Assembly (NCBI RefSeq): GCF_006345805.1
Contig: NC_043016.1
Location: forward strand, 32,240,001 to 32,304,000
Direction of reading: 5' to 3'
Source of the DNA: Octopus sinensis
Lineage: Eukaryota
DNA: 64,000 nucleotides
Below are positions 59,411 through 64,000 of this stretch, piece by piece (the stretch's first letter is position 1; each line of letters opens with the position of its first letter). Both the position numbers and the translations under genes were made by a program. Below the pieces are notes generated by a model. The model had not been told where the DNA came from. It searched no databases and saw only the letters and a list, made by a program, of their open reading frames with translations.

Positions 59411-60295
59411 CGATAATAATGATAATAATAATGATGATAATAATAATGATGATAATAATAATAATAATAATGCTTTCTAATTTTGGCATAACACTAGCAA
59501 TTTTAGGGGAAAGAGGTTAGTTGCTTATATTGGCCTCATTTTATGACTGGTACTTTATTTTATTGATCACAGAAAGACGAAAGGGAAAGTAGTTGACCTT
59601 TGTGAGATTTTGAAGAAGGAAGGCGAGGAGGAGGAGGAGGAGAAGAAGAAGAAGAAGAAGAAGAAGAAGTTGGTGGGAATAATATTGATGATGATGAGGA
59701 TGGTGTGTGTGTGTGTGTGTGTATGTGTCAAAAGCTTTCATCAAATATGTGTGTGCGTTGTGTGTTGTTTGTGTATGTGTCTCTTGTAAGGGTATGTGTG
59801 TGTCTGTGTCTATGTATGTGTAATTGTAGGTGTGTTTGTGCCTTAGTGTGTGTGCACGAGTGTGTATGTGTGTGCACAAGCATGTATGTGTGTACATGTG
59901 TGCATGCACGTGTGCATGTGTTTGTATGTGTCTATGAATGCATATATGTATGTGCATTTATGTGTGCTTGTGTCCTTTTTGTATTTTGACAGTGTAATCT
60001 TCCATTAAAAACAAAAAAAAATAAAAAGCAAAATAAAACAAAAACAAAACAAAAACAAAATACAAAAACCATTTTTTGTATGAAAAGCCAGGGAATAAAT
60101 GAGCACCTTAAGAGGAAACAAGTAAGTGTTGGTGACAGGAACTGCATTCAGCTGTCGTTTTATTGCTTTGATGAAACAAGCAAGCAGTTGTAAAGAAGGA
60201 GAAACAAAGAGAAACAAAGAATGTGTAGGAGACAGTAAGCTAGGTTATCGTTTTCTAGGCTGTAATACAATATAATCACATTGTTTGTAATATAC

Positions 60296-60326
<31 letters not shown>

Positions 60327-60414
60327 TAGTAGTAGTAGTAGCAGCAGCAGCAGCAGCAGCAGTAGCAGCAGCAGTAGCAGTAGTGGTGGTGGTGGTGGTG
60401 GTGGTGGTGGTGGT

Positions 60415-60629
60415 TCTTCTTTCTGCTATTGGCACAAGGCCTGACATTTTTAGAGAAGGGAGTAGTTGATTAGATCAGCCCCAGTTCGCAACTGGTACTT
60501 ATTTTATCAACCCCGAAAGGATGAAAGGCAAATTCGACCTTGGCTGAACTTGAACTCAGAATGTAAAGATGGGCAAAATGCCACATAAAAGTTTTGTCCA
60601 GTGTGCAAACAATTCTGCCAGCTGCCTTA

Positions 60630-60663
<34 letters not shown>

Positions 60664-60876
60664 TAATATAATAATCCTTTCTACTCTAGGCAGAAGGCCT
60701 GAAAATTGGGGGAGGGGGATAGTCAATTAGATCGACCCCAATATGCAACTGGTACTTCATTTATCGACCCTGAAAGGATGAAAGGCAAAGTCAACCTTAG
60801 CAGAATTTGAACTCAGAATGTAAAGACAGACAAAATGCCACTAAGCATTTCAACCAGCGTAATAATAATGATGATC

Positions 60877-60928
<52 letters not shown>

Positions 60929-61146
60929 TAATGACAATAATAATAATAATAATAATAACAATAATAATAATGGCTTCAAATTTTGGCACATGGCCAGCAA
61001 TTTCGGGGTAAGTGGGCCCTAGTGTTTCACTGGTACTTATTTTAACAACCCTGACAAGATGAAAGGCAAAGTAAACCTCAGTGGAATTTGAACTCAGAAC
61101 ATAGCATTCATCTGGTATGCTAATGATTCTGCTAGCTCACCACCCT
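60415..61146 (-). mobile_element. Three SINE-B copies separated by (AAT)n
   Basis: 60415-60628, 60673-60860, 60970-61146. Confidence 0.8.
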
Positions 61147-61800
61147 AATAATGACAATAATAATAATAACGGTGAAGTTGATGATGATAAAGAGGAGGAG
61201 AAGAAAGAAGGAAGAAGGTAGTAATGATGATGATGTGCGCATGAGTGTGCGAGTGCATGTGTGTATGTATGTCTGTCATTCCCATTATATATCTATGATC
61301 TGGTTAGTAAGGGTGTATAAGAAAAATCTTTGTAAATATTTCTACTTTCTCTAAGAGCATTTAATACTGGACACAACACAAACAACAGTTAAATTCCTCT
61401 CAGATCAAACACTACCATCTTACAGAATAGAAGAATTCATTGAACATTCCTCTTCCCCACCACTTTTTTTTTTTCTTGGTTATGATTTGATCTGGAGAAA
61501 GGATTTACATTCTTACTCTTCCTATGCCTTTGGATATATAATCCTGAAATCCTGGAAATATAAATCTCTGATATGCAATAACTGGGATGGGCATGGTTGG
61601 AACTGAACTGCAACAATAATGTTAACAAAATGAAATTAATCCAGTGTAGAAGTAAATCGTGGTTTGGATTTGGTCCAAAACAAAGCACTCATTGAAACCT
61701 TATCCAGATATGTGATTGTGTATTAAGTTTTACCAGCTACTAAGAGAAACTCATCGTTCTCATTGGACATTCTAGAAATAGCAGTCAAATATCTCTGAAG

Positions 61801-61833
<33 letters not shown>

Positions 61834-61837
61834 ACAC

Positions 61838-61877
<40 letters not shown>

Positions 61878-61928
61878 CCCTACTATCATCAAAAACCAAA
61901 AAGAAAATGAAGGACACCTAATTATAGA

Positions 61929-62106
61929 TAGGTGTAGGCATGGCTGGGTGATAAGAAGCTACTTCCCAACCACATGGTTCTGAGTTCAGTCCCACTGTGT
62001 TGCACATTGAGCAAATGTCTTCTACTATACCTTGGGCTGGCAAAGCCTTGTGAGTGGATTTGGTGGATGGAAATTGAAAGAAGCCTGTCGTATATGTATG
62101 TATGTA

Positions 62107-62143
<37 letters not shown>

Positions 62144-63015
62144 TATATTATATATATAATATATATATATATAGGTGTGGCTGTGTGGTAAGAAGCAAGC
62201 TTCCAAGGTGGCGAGCTGGCAGAACCGTTAGCATGCCGGGCGAAATGCTCAGCGGTATTTCGTCTGCCGTTACGTTCTGAGTTCAAATTCCGCCGAGGTC
62301 GACTTTGCCTTTCATCTTTCGGGGTCGATAATTTAAGTACCAGTTATGCACTGGGGTCTATATAATCGACTTAATCCGTTTGTCTGTCCTTGTTTGTACC
62401 CTCTGTGTTTAGCCCCTTGTGGGTAGTAAAGAAATAGGTATTTCGTCTACCACTACGTTCTGAGTTCAAATTCCACCGAGGCTGACTTTGCCTTTCATCC
62501 TATTGGGGTCGATAAATTAAATACCAGTTACACGCTGGGGTCAATATAATCGATTTAACCCCTTTTTCTGTCCTTGTTTGTCCCCTCTATGTTTAACCCC
62601 TTGTGGGCAATAAAAAAATAAGAAGCTAGCTTCCAAACCACATCACTCTGGGTTCAGTCCCACTGCATGGCACCATAGGCAAGTGTCTTCCACTACAGCC
62701 TTTGCCCAACCAAAGCCTTGTGAATGGATTACGTAGACAGAAACTGAAAGAAGTCCATTATGTATATGTATACATATATATGTCTCTGTGTGTGTCTTTC
62801 TGTCTGTATTGTCCACCACCACCACTTGGCAACCAGTGTTGGTGTGTTTGCATCCCCATAACTTAGCAGTTTGGCAAAAGGGACTAATCGAATAAGTATC
62901 AGGCTTAAAAGAAAAATAAGTATTGGGGTTGATTTATTCCATTAATAATTCTTCAAGGTGGTGCCCCAGCATGGCCACAGTCTAATGATTGAAACAAATA
63001 AAAGATAAAAGATAA
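61929..63015 (+). mobile_element. SINE-A 5' half, then a SINE-A interrupted by a SINE-B dimer (62207-62618)
   Basis: 18-bp TSD TAAGAAGC(A/T)AGCTTCCAA at 62189-62206 and 62619-62636. Confidence 0.88.
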
Positions 63016-63438
63016 AAAATAGAGTCAGAGGATGATCACAGCTGAAATACAAGACCCTACCTAATAGGTGGACTTGTTAGAAATAGCTGCTAAAATTTCC
63101 TTGAACCATACCCGGGGAAAAAAAAAATTAGTAAAACAACTTCGTATTTGGGAACTTAATTAACCCAGAATTTTTATCCATTTTAATTTAGACCACCTTA
63201 AAACAGGAAGATTGTATCATAGAAGCAGTGATGGTCATATGTGGGTCGGTGTCATGAAAGGTTAAATGATATATATAACATGCTACTCATGCTTATACCT
63301 CTCTCTTTGTCGCAGTCTCTGTGTGTTTCTCTTATCAAAATTTTAACTCTTAATCATATTATCAATAGTTTTCACTCTTGACTTTGCTTTACATTATTTT
63401 TTGTGTGATTGAAGGCATGGGCTGTTAGACATGTGTAT

Positions 63439-63474
<36 letters not shown>

Positions 63475-64000
63475 CAACAGTATAGATGTAGCCAGAGCAG
63501 TTAATTTTGCACTTGTTTGACTGAGCATGGAAAGTGAAATAAGGTAATGAGGGAGCCCTTATTTGTTCACTCAGCTAAATAATTTTTAGGGTTCTTAATT
63601 ATTCTAGATTTAACTATTCACTTTATTATACTTCAATTCCAAAATCTTTTTTCCATCAAAGCTCCACCATAATTACTCCTTCCTGTATGTGTCATATATT
63701 TCATTATTATTTTATTTCTATATTCTTAATCTTATCTCATGCACTTCTTAGTAAGTAGATATTACTTAGCATGTGAGTATGTGTGTGTGTATGTGTGTGT
63801 ATGTGAGTGTATGTATTTAAGCATATATATATAAGGTTTTGTTTGCATACAATGTTTAAAGATACAAACTGTATTTCTTATCTTTTATCTTAAGAATAGA
63901 TGCGTTCCTGTTTCCTGGCGCCAGATTTCAAAACTCTAGTTAAATTAAATGGTCAACTATCTTGCATTGAATGTGACATTTTAGTTTTACTAGCTCTATC

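Overview
Eukaryotic, AT-rich, microsatellite-saturated DNA with no confidently identifiable host protein-coding gene, so probably intergenic or intronic. The repeat families look like those of octopus genomes (inferred from recognising the SINEs; not verified). The window is almost entirely nested transposable elements: a full-length but disrupted Tx1/L1-clade LINE in an (AAT)n tract; several R4/Dong-clade (restriction-like endonuclease) LINE remnants; many RTE-clade LINE 3' ends; a full-length dead mariner; a shattered Academ(X)-type DNA transposon spanning about 1.15-10.37 kb; Helitron/Helentron-like and Penelope-like remnants; and three tRNA-type SINE families (working names SINE-A, SINE-B, SINE-E). 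Five observations stand out. (1) A 6.3-kb, 106-bp-unit satellite has grown inside an RTE 3'UTR whose repeats look like conserved RNA stem-loops/pseudoknots. (2) One SINE-B subfamily shares its 3' tail with the Tx1 LINE and moves as a fixed dimer with TSDs. (3) Two RTE insertions carry twin-priming-type 5' inversions. (4) A spacer-less ~315-bp palindrome carries a degenerate minimal hammerhead. (5) Unrelated elements pile up on (TAA)n tracts. Nearly all ORFs in the supplied track are artefacts of repeats. Boundaries were read by eye and are approximate (+/-10-30 bp unless a TSD or codon is quoted). Family assignments come from motif recall, not database searches.
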